A stretch of DNA of 64,000 nt, from NCBI RefSeq assembly GCF_006345805.1, contig NC_043008.1:49166001-49230000 (forward strand), written 5' to 3'. The first letter of the stretch is position 1, and each line of letters starts with the position of its first letter. The translations under genes were made by a program, and so were the position numbers. This stretch comes from Octopus sinensis (Eukaryota). Under the pieces are notes generated by a model. That model was not told where the DNA came from. It saw nothing but the letters and a program-made list of their open reading frames with translations, and made no database searches. This document shows positions 1 through 12,339 of the stretch, piece by piece.

Positions 1-66
1 TGGAAACAAGACATTTATACTCAGAACCAAAGCCAGTTTCAGCCGGGTTGGTAACGAATGGGTTAA
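1..66. mobile_element. Right end of a piggyBac-type MITE (same family as 16113-16334)
   Basis: aagacatt...cagccgggttggtaacgaatGGG-TTAA aligns by eye to the end of the element at 16280-16338. Confidence 0.6.
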
Positions 67-544
67 ATGTCAGTATCATTTTTAATATAAGGACTCATTT
101 CATTTAGAATCAGATGGATTTTCTATTCTGACTTGGAATCTATAAAATATAACAAACTTTTTGTAGTCGTACTATGCCTTTTGGTATCAAAGGTTTGTCA
201 GTGCCTATTTCATCACAAGCATCTGTGTCCAAAATAAAAACCCTTTAACTTACAATAATATACCTCAAATAATTATTGCATCACTGGACTTAGACCATTC
301 CATTATTATGAAGAGTCTTCTACAAGACTGATTTAACCGAGAAACACCGTGAATGGAGATGAAAGTTTCCATCAAAATTCTAAGAAGCTGAGATATCATG
401 ACCTTACCAGAACACTTTTCATTGCTTCTCCACAGAAAAACTATCTTCCAAACTCCATAATTCATCTCTTCTCATGGCACAGAAAGATAATTCTGCTTAT
501 GACATTCTATTAAGAGGCACAGTTACTGCTGGTAGGTTTAGATG

Positions 545-790
545 TTCACTTCATAACCAAAGGGTTTCAGGCTCACTCCCATAATGTGACACCTTGGGCA
601 AGTGTCTACTATCAGAGCCCCAGGCTAAACCAAAGCCTAGTAAATGGATTTGGTAGATGGAAACCAAAAGAAACCAATCATACATACATACATAAGTACA
701 TACATACATACATACATAAATACATACATACACACATACATACATACATATATACATACATAGATATATACATACATACATATATATCGT
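545..790 (+). mobile_element. Degenerate tRNA-derived CORE-like SINE with an internal (TACA)n tract
   Basis: caccttgggcaagtgtctactatc...ggatttggtagatggaaac motif shared with copies at 11065-11482, 22760-23080 and 55910-56290. Confidence 0.7.
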
Positions 791-827
791 CTGTAAAAAA
801 CTTAAATCTGAAAGAAGAAGCACACTC

Positions 828-1019
828 TAAGATATGGAGCAGTATATATTAAAAATGGGGAAGGCTGGTTTATGGGATCCAAAAACCAGTTGACCTTGGG
901 TCAACAGGTTTTGGGATCTGACAATACACCATAAAGCCAAACCCTTTATGGACAGGAAACCTAAGGTAATGCCATGAACTGGCCTTCCCCATTTTTAATA
1001 TATACTGCTCCTTATCTTA
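828..1019. repeat. Fold-back / MITE-like element with ~48-bp terminal inverted repeats and internal hairpins
   Basis: taagatatggagcagtatatattaaaaatggggaaggc is nearly the reverse complement of gccttccccatttttaatatatactgctccttatctta. Confidence 0.8.
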
Positions 1020-1292
1020 CATAAATGTCAAATGATGAAAATGAGTGCTCAACACTGCATTGGATATAATTTCTTTACTTGTGAATTAAGGCTACCAATG
1101 GTTTTCCTACTTTTCTTAACATGAAACCAATGGTAGCCTTATATATGTGTGTGCAGTGCCAGCAATGATGATGGTAGCAGTGGTGGTGGTGGTGGTGGAG
1201 AGAAGTGGAGGAGGGGAGAAGGAGGGTGATGGTGTTAAATTATTTGTTTCTAATTAGGTACAGTGACAGTGGATATGTCTTATTAAGAAGAG

Positions 1293-1347
<55 letters not shown>

Positions 1348-1599
1348 CCCATGCTATAACACATCTTTGGTTGGACTTGAACAAAGAGACCCAACAGGGC
1401 ATAATAGCTGTAAGGTGCCTGTCTGCTTTATATTATTTATTTACAGCCAGGTCAACTGGGTCGGAGAGTATTAAGAAATTTTGTTGACACTTCACAACAT
1501 TAAACAGCTGCCATACCTTTTACTACACAAATTAAACAATTGAATTCAGTTCTTAGTTTTTATGAAATAATCTAATTGAGACAACTTTGTAGATGGCAG

Positions 1600-1950
1600 G
1601 TGTAACTCACTCAGGAATCTGGAGGTCAGCAAGGTAACTTGGTGTAGACAAATGGGATGTGAAGACTTTACAAGCTGTGAATAAAAATGCAGTAAATAAA
1701 CCGAGACTCATCAATGATTTTAGTGATAAATTTAGGGCAAAGGTAGGAATCTATCAAGGTTCAGTCCTTGGTCTTCTCCTTTTTGTTATAGTCTTGCAGG
1801 TTTATCATAGCAGAGTTTAAGATTAGTTATCAATGGGAATGCCTGTGTACCAATGATAAAGCCATCATAGTTGAATCTATAGTGAAATTAGTGACAAAAT
1901 TCAAAGTATGGAAGCTAGACCCAGAATTAAGAAGTCTAAAAGTGAAATTA
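1600..1950 (+). mobile_element. Degraded RTE-clade LINE reverse transcriptase fragment
   Basis: Translates, with frameshifts, to FSDKFRAKVGIYQGSVLGLLLFVIVLQ...WECLCTND. This corresponds to the RT motifs GVHQGSVLSPLLF and ELLYADD. Confidence 0.75.
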
Positions 1951-2029
1951 TTCAATGCAGTCTTTGGACATGTCAAATCCTGTCAACTGGTCAACACATA
2001 CCAGCATGGAACACGGACATTAAATTATG

Positions 2030-2322
2030 AGGTGGTGGTGGTGATGGTTGTGGTGTTGTGGTGGTCGTGGTGGTGTTGATGGTGGTGGTGGTAGTGGTGG
2101 TGGTTGTGGTGGTAGTGGTGGTGGTTGTGGTGGTTGTAGTCATGGTGATCGTGGTGGTGGTTGTGGTGGTAGTGGTCGTGGTAGTCGTCATCGTGATGGT
2201 GGTGGTGGTCATCGTCATCATCGTCATCGTCGCTGTCGTCGTTGTCATTGTTGTTGCCCTTGAAATCATCATAGTCGTTGTCATGATATTGGTCATGGTG
2301 GTTGTGGTGGTCATGGTATAGT
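2030..2322. repeat. Imperfect (GTG/GTC/GTT)n trinucleotide repeat
   Basis: Visible directly; it generates the poly-Val, poly-Thr and poly-Gly ORFs. Confidence 0.95.
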
Positions 2323-2934
2323 AGAACAACTGGAAAACCACATTTCGAAAGTAGGTCAACTCATTGTGGCCTAGCCCCATCTAAAATAGCCACCATTCCC
2401 CACTCAACCCAGTCGATCAAAGAGGTGGTTTAGATGTAACTGTAATGTCCATTGTATTTCCCCATGCCAGCATCAGTCTGGATGGAGATTTATTTGAGAC
2501 AGAATTGTACAGGAAGATGCTCTTCCAGTCACCAACACTTACTGCCAACTCACCACAGTATTTAAACACACATCAATTTAACAGTATTGCCACTGCTTAT
2601 TGCAGAAAAAAGATTTCTACCCAGCAGTAAATATTTACATTGAGGTCAACAGGGTCTGCAATTTTCTGATAAATAATAGGATAATCTCCTACACACAAAA
2701 ATATACATATTAATGAACTTTATTCCTTTTTTTTTTTGCAGCTCTTCTTTATAAATGACAATATAGAACCGTGTGTCTTGGGAGAATCATTATTGTTAGT
2801 CAATCGGTTAAATATCTAACCAACTAACTAATTGATCATTTGTTTAATATATTGGTTAAACAATCATTACTACAAATAAAGAAGTGGAATTGAACCTGCA
2901 TGTGTGTTATTATTATTATTGGCCAAATGACCAA

Positions 2935-3390
2935 CTGAGGCAAGTGAAATCAAAATCATTAAATTCGATGACTGGCATCTGTGCTAGTGGAGCGCTAAGA
3001 GTACCATTCTAGTGTGATCGTTGTCAGAGCAACAAACTGGCCTCCATGCCAGTGGCACATAAAAAGTGCCATTCGAAAGTGATCGTTACCTGCGTCGCCT
3101 AACTGGCACTTGTGATGGTGGCACGTGAAAAAACATTCAAGCAATGTCGTTGCCAATGCCGCTGGACTGGCTCCTGCGCAGGTGGCACATAAAAAGCAGC
3201 ATTTGAGCATGGTCGTTGCCAGTACCGCCTGACTGGTCCTTGTGCCGGTGGCACGTAAAAGCACCTACTACACTCTCAGAGTGGTTGGCAGGGCATCCAG
3301 CTGTAGAAACTCTGCCAGATCAGTCAAATTGTCCAACCCATCCTAGCATAGAAAGTGGACTATAACGATGATGATGATGATGATGATGAA
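2935..3390 (+). mobile_element. RTE-family 3' end / partner non-autonomous retroposon with ~4 diverged 66-bp modules and a (GAT)n tail
   Basis: Repeated gtggcac(g/a)taaaaagcac modules, then cactacactctcagagtggttggca...gtccaacccatcctagcatagaaag, then gatgatgat. Confidence 0.85.
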
Positions 3391-4357
3391 ATGACTCTCC
3401 CAGACACAACATGATTTGTGTCAAGAATCATGCAACCTAAATTCAAAAATGAAGACAAAATAGAATTTTCATCTTTATAGATTTTTCTACAGAAAGTCCT
3501 GATTTCTCAGAATTACAACTATTAAAAAGAAAACCTTTCTTTCATGAAATATGGTAATTTGTCCGCCCCTTTTAAACCCTCACAGCCTCCCCACCTTTTA
3601 TGAGAAAAGTTGGATCGAATACTAGTCGGTTGATCTAGTTGGTGAGGGCCTCACATCAGTACAGGTGTAGGGGGGAGTATGTTGTAAAGCTGTTGAGTAG
3701 AAGGCCCCAAAATGGGGTCCATTCTTTCATGATGATCCCTGAAACCCACAGGCATCTAGTACACAGAGCTTCCAATTGACAGTACCTACATAAGCAAGCT
3801 CTTTCCAATTTGCTCTTTGCAATTTGAGAGAGATTTAACTGCTATTTCTAGTAGACCGAATAACCACATAGAGGCTTTGGTATAAGATGAACCAGTGTGA
3901 AACACATCATGCCACCATTCACCTAAAGGACAAGTCTGAGATATTTGATCTCTCACAAAATAGTAAGCGGAGTACATTTGTGAAGTCTTTGTTGAAAGAA
4001 ATTTCACCTGCATTATTTTTCCCACCTGGCTGCTCTATAACGGTAATTTTGCTAATATATGCACTGAAAGAATATTTATTGCTCCTACTTGTGTATTGTA
4101 CTATCACAACTTGCCACAACAACTTAAACCGCTTTTTAGATTGCATGTTAAAAATAAGATTTCCCAAGAAATTTTATTGTTTTTAAAGACACAGACAGAG
4201 TCTATGAGATTTTGCCACCCACTTTTACGAAATACTTTAGGCGTTGCTTGAGCTCAAGGCTTCGGATTTATAATAGGAAAGAAATGAGAATATAAAACTC
4301 TTACATTTTTACAAAAAAAAACAACCACTTAACACACCAGAATTCCATATAAGGATT

Positions 4358-4720
4358 ACATCATCATCATCATCATCGTTTAACGTCCGTTTTCCATGCT
4401 AGCATGGGTTGGACAGTTCGACCGGGGTCTGGGAAGCCAGGAGGCTGAACCAGGCTCCAGTCTGATCTGGCAGTGTTTCTACAGCTGGATGCCCCTTCCT
4501 AATGCCAACCACTCCGTGAGTGTAGTGGGTGCTTTTTATGTGCCACCGACACAGGTGCCAGGGGAGGCTGGCAACGGCCACAATTGGTTGGTGCTTTTTA
4601 CGTGCAACCGGCACGAAAGTTTGTCAAGGCGGCACTAGCATCGGCCACGTACGGATGGTGCATTTTACGTGCCACCGGCACAGGTATCACAACTACAATT
4701 TCCATTTCATTTTTTGATGT
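4358..4720 (-). mobile_element. RTE 3'-end element, reverse orientation
   Basis: (CAT)n tail, CCATGCTAGCATGG palindrome, then three ggtgc(t/a)tttta(c/t)gtgc modules. Confidence 0.85.
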
Positions 4721-4783
4721 TATTTTTAAATATCTGATGGTACCATACATTAACATTATTGTTACCATATTTCTGTTGAAATG

Positions 4784-4966
4784 TACAAGGGGGTGCTGAA
4801 AAATTCCTGGCTTTGAGTAAAAGGAGGGCCAGTTAACTATGATTTTATTCAACATATTCCTCTCTCAGATTCACACACTTATTGCAGTGGCCCTTCTGTT
4901 TTTCTAAGCTCTGTAAAAGAACTTAGAAATTTGGGCCCTCCAACAAGGTCTTTTGCAATACCCTTA
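4784..4966 (-). mobile_element. Mariner-type DNA transposon 3' terminal remnant
   Basis: TA-caagggggtgctgaaaaattcc TIR-like end. The minus strand encodes HCNKCVNLRGEYVE*, the typical mariner C-terminus (W.KC....G.Y.E). Confidence 0.65.
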
Positions 4967-5409
4967 AATCGAAACTGTGATCCTCTGACTGCGAGTCCGT
5001 TGCCCTAACCACTGGGCCATTGCACCTCCACTGTTGCTGCTGCTGCTGTTGTGGTCGTTTAGTCCCAAGTAAAAGCTGATCAAGTAGACCCTCTATCAAA
5101 GGCATACCAGCCATGTGTATCTCGGAGTACTTTATCTAATGTAACCTTGCCTTTTTTAAAAGGGTAGGATACAATCTGAGGGAAATTTAACTCCTATTTC
5201 TAGCAGGTCAAGCAACTCTGTGAAAGCTCCCTCGCTGGTTCATTAACACGTATTAACCACTAAGCCAGTGAATCATGAGTAAATCCCTTGACACAGCTGA
5301 AATTCTTATTAAGGCCAAAGGAATGCACAGAACAATGCACTTAACTGGCTGCACCAACTGCACCTCTCTGTCAGCTCAGTTCATTACTATGCATGTACTG
5401 GAAGGCATC

Positions 5410-5710
5410 GGGGTGGTGGTGGTAGTGGTAGAGGCGGCGGCGGCGGTGGCAGTGGTGGTGGCGGTGGCAGTGACGGTGGAGGTAGTGACAGTGGTGGTGG
5501 TGGTGGTGGTGGTGGTGGCTGCGGTGGAGGCGGCGGTGGAGGCGGCGGCGGAGGTGGCGGCGGAGGTGGTGGCGGTGGCGGTGACGGTGGAGGTAGTGAC
5601 AGTGGTGGTGGTGGTGGTGGTGGTGGTGGCGGAGGCGGCGGTGGTGGTGGTGGTAGCGGTGGTAGAACATACTGGTGTTGGTGCTGTTGATTGTAGTGAT
5701 GGTGGTGGTG
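5410..5710. repeat. GC-rich (GTG/GCG)n trinucleotide repeat with an internal ~120-bp duplication
   Basis: gtgacggtggaggtagtgacagtggtgg occurs at ~5470 and ~5581. Confidence 0.9.
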
Positions 5711-5753
5711 TAGAGTTAATCCTATAATCTAACAGTATATGCATATAAATATT

Positions 5754-5784
<31 letters not shown>

Positions 5785-6134
5785 TATCATCATCATCATC
5801 ATCATCATTCAGCAGCTGCTCTCCATGCTAGCATGATGGTTTCACTGGAACTGGTAAGCCAGAGAGCTGCACCAAGTTCTGGTCTGATTTGGTATCGTTT
5901 CTATGGCTGGATGCCCTTCCTAACACCAACCAATATATATATATATATATAACAAATAAGAAAATGGAGAAACAATTTAGTTGGTTAATCAGCTTTAGGA
6001 TATTAGAACGTTGACTTATTTATTTAACAAAACCGAGAACCTTAATAACATACATATATACATTATAATTCAATACATGTAAGATAAGAATATAATTATA
6101 AAAACCTTAATATATATTATTGGAATCATTACTC

Positions 6135-6580
6135 GTGGCCGTGGCACGTAAAATACTCCAATGCGACCGTACGACAGGCACCCTTGCCAACCCCCTTTGC
6201 TTGTGAAGACATGTTGGGGCAAGCGAAATCGAAATCGAATTGAACCAGCCAGGATCCCTGGTCTGGTGGTACGTAAAAAGCACTATCCGACTCGTGGCCG
6301 ATGCCAGCACCGCCTCGACTGGCTTCCGTGCCGGTGGCACATAAAATACACCAATCTGACCGTGGCCGTTGCCAGCCCCGCCTGGCACCTGTGCAGGTGG
6401 CACGTAAAAAGCACCCACTACACTCACGGAGTGGTTGGCGTTAGGAAGGGCATCCAGCTGTAGAAACATTGCCAAATTAGACTGGAGCCTGGTGCAGCCT
6501 TCTGGCTTCCCAGAACCCCGGTCGAACCGTCCAACCCATGCTAGCATGGAGAACGGACGTTAAACGACGATGATGATGAT
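6135..6580 (+). mobile_element. RTE 3'-end element (young copy)
   Basis: Three modules, the terminal module, CCATGCTAGCATGG and a (GAT)n tail. Confidence 0.85.
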
Positions 6581-7884
6581 TTAAATCACTCTTACAGCCG
6601 TTTCGGCCTATGGAAAAAAGTAGTTTTCCAGTGCCTATAGTTGTCAATTATATTGAGGTTGTAGGCATTTAAAATGGGGTACTTATATATAACCATAGGC
6701 CTCGTCAGAGATTATAAAGAACTTTCAAAATACACGTACAATTTAATATATATATATATATATATGGGTTTCAAATTTTGGCACAAGACCAGTAATTGGG
6801 GGGGGGGTAAGTCGATTACATCAACCCCAGTACTCAACTGGTACTTACTTTATCGATCCTGGAAAGATGAAAGGCGAAGTCAAACTTGACAGAATTGGAA
6901 CTCGGGACGTAAAGACGAATGAAATGCCGCAAAACATTTTCCCTCATGTGCTAACAATCATGCATATATATATATTATGGAGATGTACTTGCATAGCAAG
7001 TGACTTGATCTGAGTTTGTGTGCTGAAACAAAACCAATTGCAGCATGGAAGGTGTTTATAAGCCATTTAATAAAAACACACAAAAACCGTTAGATTCACT
7101 TCAACATTTAAATTTACTTTGTGTCAAAATATTTTCATAGCTTATAAACACCTTCCATGCTGCAATTGTTTATATATACATATATATCATCATCATCATC
7201 ATTGTCGTCGTCATCATTTAGCATCCATTGTCCACACTGGCATGAGTTGGACGGTTTGACCAGGGCTGGCAAGCTGGAAGGCTGCACCAACCCCCAGTCT
7301 GAGTTGGCATGGTTTCTATGGCTGTATGCCCTGCCTAACACCAACCACTCTGAGAGTGTAATGGGTGCTTTTACGTGCCACCAGCACAAGTGCCATTTGT
7401 ATGTGACACTGGTATCTGCCATGACTTCGATTTTACTTGGCTTCATGGGTGTTCTTCTCAATATATATGTGTATATATATATTACAAGCTAATGAGGGAG
7501 CCTTTCTGTGATTGATTGATTGATCTGCTAGAATTAACAACCAAATTTCCTTCAAATCATGTCCTTCTGTCTTTGAAATAGAAGGACATATCTGATAATG
7601 CAATCATAGATTGTGGTGGCCACAGTTGGAGCACCTTTAATAATAAGTATCCTAAATTAAGGATTCTTATCCAGTAATAGTTATACCTCCCCCATATACC
7701 TAAACTTTGTTATATTCAAAGAAATATGAATTCTTAAAAATGGTATTGTCCAAGGAAGAAGAATTATGATACCAGCTGTTTTCTTTTGTTTGTTTCTTTC
7801 ATATTCAACTTCGTCAAAGCCATCTTTGCATTTTATACTTCCATGTTGATGAAATAAATACCAGTAATAAACTGGTGTCAATTG

Positions 7885-8142
7885 AACCATTTGTTACCAT
7901 GCCAGTGACTGAGCAATCCACAGAGATGTGTAGCCCTAGCGTAGTTCTCGGGGAGATTCGGCATAACACAGAGTGTAGCTGGCCCTTTTGAAATACAAGT
8001 ACAACTCATTTTTGCCAGCTGAATGGACTGGAGCAACATGAAATAAAGTGTCTTGCTCAAGGACACAATGTGTCGCCGGGAATTGAACTCACGACCTTAC
8101 GATCATGAGCCAAATGCCCTAACCACTAAGCCACACACCTTC
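7885..8142 (-). mobile_element. tRNA-derived SINE with a CORE/V-like central domain
   Basis: Minus strand shows TGGCTTAGTGG (A box), GAGTTCAATTCC (B box), then gtgtccttgagcaagacactttatttcatgttgctccagtcc, shared with the SINE at 56791. Confidence 0.8.
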
Positions 8143-8594
8143 ATGTATGTATATATATATATATATATATACAGGGAGAGTTTACGAAAAAACAAAAGAC
8201 GAAGACAGGTGGTGTACAAAACAAACAGATGTATTAGTATAATGCTCAGGAATAGAAAAAGTCTTTTACGTTTCGAGCATACGCTCTTCTACAGAAAGGG
8301 ACACAGAAAAAACAAGGAGAGAAACAAGAAGAGAAAAAAATGTGTGTAGTGGCTAACGATATATCATGGTAACTATATGCATATGTATATACAAAAGTCT
8401 TTTTTTAAATGTAAAGATTAAGACAGATTAACACAAAAATCTTCTTTATATCTTCCATGAGGACAGTGGTCATCTGTTTATTTAAAGATTTCTTTCAGAT
8501 GATTTCGAATTTTCAGACAAAAATTTTTGAAAAATATCATTATTGTGTCAAGAACATTAACTTCAATATTCAGATATACATTCATACACACACA

Positions 8595-8657
<63 letters not shown>

Positions 8658-8849
8658 CACACACACACACATACACACACGCATATATACATACATACAT
8701 ACATACAGAAAGACAGACAGACAGACATATGTATGTATATATGCTTATATATATATATATAAAGAGAGAGAAAGAGATGTGTGGATGTGTAGATGTATGT
8801 ATATACATATGTGAGTGTATATATGGGGGAGGGGTAGTCCATTGAAGAG

Positions 8850-9110
8850 AGATAGTGTCAGCGGTTTTATGAAAGGAATCTTCTTTGGTTGATGGCTTTC
8901 TAGCAATGACACATCAGTGAAGACTGTGTTTTGGGATTCTCTAATGCCACATTCCTGGCAATAAATCTTATTAATTCCTACCAATCCTTCACTTCCTTTT
9001 AATTCGAGATAGAGTCTGTGGAGGGGAAAAACAGAATGTTGTTCATCAGAAGAGAAAGGATGCATTGTTTGTAAGAGGTTCAGAACCATCTCTAGTCAAG
9101 CTACGGTGCA
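8850..9110 (-). mobile_element. Possible degraded R4/Dong-like non-LTR retrotransposon fragment
   Basis: HRLYLELKGSEGLVGINKIYCQEC resembles the RLYLPRxxGGRGL thumb motif of restriction-endonuclease-type LINEs. The match is weak and by eye only. Confidence 0.3.
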
Positions 9111-9404
9111 ATGGTGAACAAGTCCTCAACTATGCACACACACACACATGTACAAACGCACACACACACACACACACACACAAACATACACACATGTACA
9201 CACATATACATATACGTATGGAGGTATAGCTACATTTTGTCTTTTACTTGTTTCAGACATGGTACTGTGGCCATGCTGGGGCATCACCTTAAACGAATAT
9301 TTACAAGTGTCTTCTGCAATAACTTAAGCCTGACCAAAGCCTTATGAGTGGATTTGGTAGATGAAAACTAAAATAATCCCCTCATGTGTGTGTGTGTGTG
9401 TGTG

Positions 9405-9485
<81 letters not shown>

Positions 9486-9544
9486 TATATATATGTATGT
9501 ATGTATATATATATATATACATATATACACACACATAGAGGCTG

Positions 9545-10403
9545 CAGTGAATATATTGTCATCTAAAATACGCAAAAAGGAAAATAACACTGACATCTCA
9601 TTTTAACAGATATATTCACCAAAATTACTTTTAAATATCTTGAAATACTAAAGAGTAAATTTATTTAATAAAATCGCCATTGGTTTCAACCACGGCCTCC
9701 AAACAACTTCAGAATCTCCTGCAACTCTTCTGGATGGTTTCCTTGTTTAAGTTGGTCAATGCTGCCATAATTCTTGCCTTTAGTTCATCTTTGGTGTTGC
9801 AAGGAGTTTTGTTGGTCTCTCGCTCAACTGTGCCCCACACATAATAATCAAGGGGTTGTAGTGTGGGGAGTTAGGTGGACAGATGTTAGGGGTGATGTGG
9901 TCACAGAAATTGTCTGACAGCCATGAGTGGGTTCTCCTGCTTGTGTGGCATGTTGCCAGACATAGGGTATTCCAGTAGCCGGCCTCTTGACCCAGAGCAG
10001 CACTATCTCCTCCAGGCATTTTATGTAGGCCTCCATGTTGAGTCTGAGGCCATGTGGGAAGATGAATGGACAGATAATGTCGCCATCACTAGTGATCACT
10101 CAAAACACCATAATGTTGACTGGATGTTTGATTTTTATCACTCTCGGTACATATTTTGGGGACAAGGTAAGCCAACGGTTGTTCTGTGTTCACCATCTGT
10201 TCATATTGGAGCTTCCAGTGCAAATGCCAAACAGTTCAGCATGTAATTTCCAAATTTCTGGCAGAGTGAATTGTGTCATGGTGCTCCTTTTCTCACAGAC
10301 GGTGCCCGACTGACCCTACTATACTGTGTTGTTGGCAAAATCAAAAACAAACACTGCGCATATGCAAAATCAAAAATATAAAATGACAACAATTTACCCC
10401 ACT
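9545..10403 (-). mobile_element. Internally deleted Tc1/mariner-superfamily transposon (maT/DD37D-like) with transposase pseudogene (~9661-10279)
   Basis: Minus-strand peptides ITSDGDIICPFIFPHGLRLNMEAYIKCLEE..PYVWQ, SWLSDNFCDHITPNICPPNSPHYNPL (WPPxSPDLNPL motif) and LEAVVETNGDFIK*. There are frameshifts and degenerate TIR-like ends. Confidence 0.8.
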
Positions 10404-11064
10404 GCGGATGTCTTTATGTCTGTATTTGTCTCTCACTATCGCTTAACAGCCAGTGTTGGCGTGTTTATGTCCCTGTAACTTAGCAGTTCAGCAAAAGAAA
10501 CTGATAGAATAAGTACCAGGCTTAAGATAAAAAACAGGTAAGTACTAGGGTCAATTCATTCAATTAAAAAAAATTTTCGAGATGGGGGCCCAGTATGGCT
10601 GTAGTCTAATGACCGAAGCAAGTAAAATATAAAAGAAAATAAAAAATATATATATATATATATATTTGTTTTTATATACACACACTCACATACACGTGCA
10701 TATATGATAAAATTGTAAATTTGCAATTTACAATAGAAAGGCAGGGCTATTGACATCGCTAGAGTGACGTCAATACATATACACACATCTCTAAAATGGC
10801 ATTTGTATATATGTGTGTGTGTGTGTATGTGCGTATACAGACATATATTCACACACACACAAACAAATGTGTGTGTGTGTATACAAGAAAGTACAGTTGA
10901 CCTTGTTGTCCTTCGACCACCTCTCATTCAACACTAGTCAAACCTGTAACCCGTTCTTTGTTTCATTTTATTCCCATTCGCTGTAACTATTTCTTAGTTA
11001 TGTCTCCAGTCTTATAACGGTGAACCCTTCTCAGAATGACATCAACGTTGCATCATCTCTTTTT

Positions 11065-11279
11065 CTTGTTTCAGTCATTTGACTGCGGCCATGCTGGAGC
11101 ACCGCCTTTTTTTTTAGTCAAGCAAATCGACCCCAGGACATATTTTTTTTATAAGCCTAGTACTTATTCTATCGGTCACTTTTGCCGAACCGCTAAGTTA
11201 CGGGGGACGTAAACACACCAGCATCAGTTGTCAAGCGATGTTGGGGTACAAACCAACACACAAACATATACACACTCAC

Positions 11280-11314
<35 letters not shown>

Positions 11315-11482
11315 CATACAATGGGCTTCTTTCAGTTTCCATCTTCCAAATCCACTCACAAGACTTTGGTTGACTCGAGGCTATAGTAGAAGGCACTTGC
11401 CCAAGGTGCCACGCAGTGGGACTGCAGCTGGAACTATGTAGTTCGTAAGCAAGCTACTTACCACACAGCCACTCCTGTGCCT
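11065..11482 (-). mobile_element. Full-length tRNA-derived CORE-like SINE with an internal microsatellite
   Basis: Minus-strand head aggcacaggagTGGCTGTGTGGtaag (A box), a ggcaccttgggcaagtg core, internal (TA)n/(TG)n, and a 3' end ccagcatggccgcagtcaaatgactgaaac. Confidence 0.85.
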
Positions 11483-12339
11483 GGAAATGTATATATATAT
11501 ATATTATATATATATATATACATACAATGGGCTTCTTTCAGTTTCCATCTTCCAAATCCACTCACAAGACTTTGGTTGACTCGAGGCTATAGTAGAAGGC
11601 ACTTGCCCAAGGTGCCACGCAGTGGGACTGCAGCTGGAACTATGTAGTTCGTAAGCAAGCTACTTACCACACAGCCACTCCTACGCCTATATAAGCAAAG
11701 TAATATTCTGACTTCAAAAGCAGAAGAATGTCCATGGAAGACAATGAACAATCTGGAAAACCTGTCATGAGCTTAAACCCGCAGAAATGTGGAGAAAATT
11801 CATCACATTGTGCATGACGATCATCAGAGGACAATCGATGACATAGATGATACATTATATATAGCCATAAGGCAGGGGGAGCTGGCAGAAACGGCAGCAC
11901 GCCGGGTGAAATGCTTAGCGGTATTTTATGATTTTTCTCCACATTTCTGCGGGTTTAAGCTCATGACAGGTTTTCCAGATTGTTCGTCTTCCATGGACGT
12001 TCTTCTGCTTTAAGGCAGTAAGGTTGCAGAATCGTTAGCACGCCGGGCGAAATGCTTAGCGGTATTTCATCTGTCTTTATGTTCCGAGTTCAAATTCCGC
12101 CGAGGTCGACTTTGCCTTTCATCCTTTCAGGGTCGATAAATTAAGTACCAGTTACGCACTGGGGTCGATATAATCGACTTAATACCTATGTCTGTCCATG
12201 TTTGTCCCCTCTATGTTTAGCCCCTTGTGGGTAATAAAGAAATAGGTATTTTATCTGTCTTTATGTTCTGAGTTCAAATTCTGCTGAGGTCAACTTTGAT
12301 TTCATCTTTTTGGTGTTGATAAATTAAGTACCAGTTAAA

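Noticed and set aside
1991-2380. Poly-Thr mucin-like or poly-Val/Gly ORFs (also 5275-5744)
   Set aside because: These are translations of trinucleotide microsatellites that are open in several frames at once.
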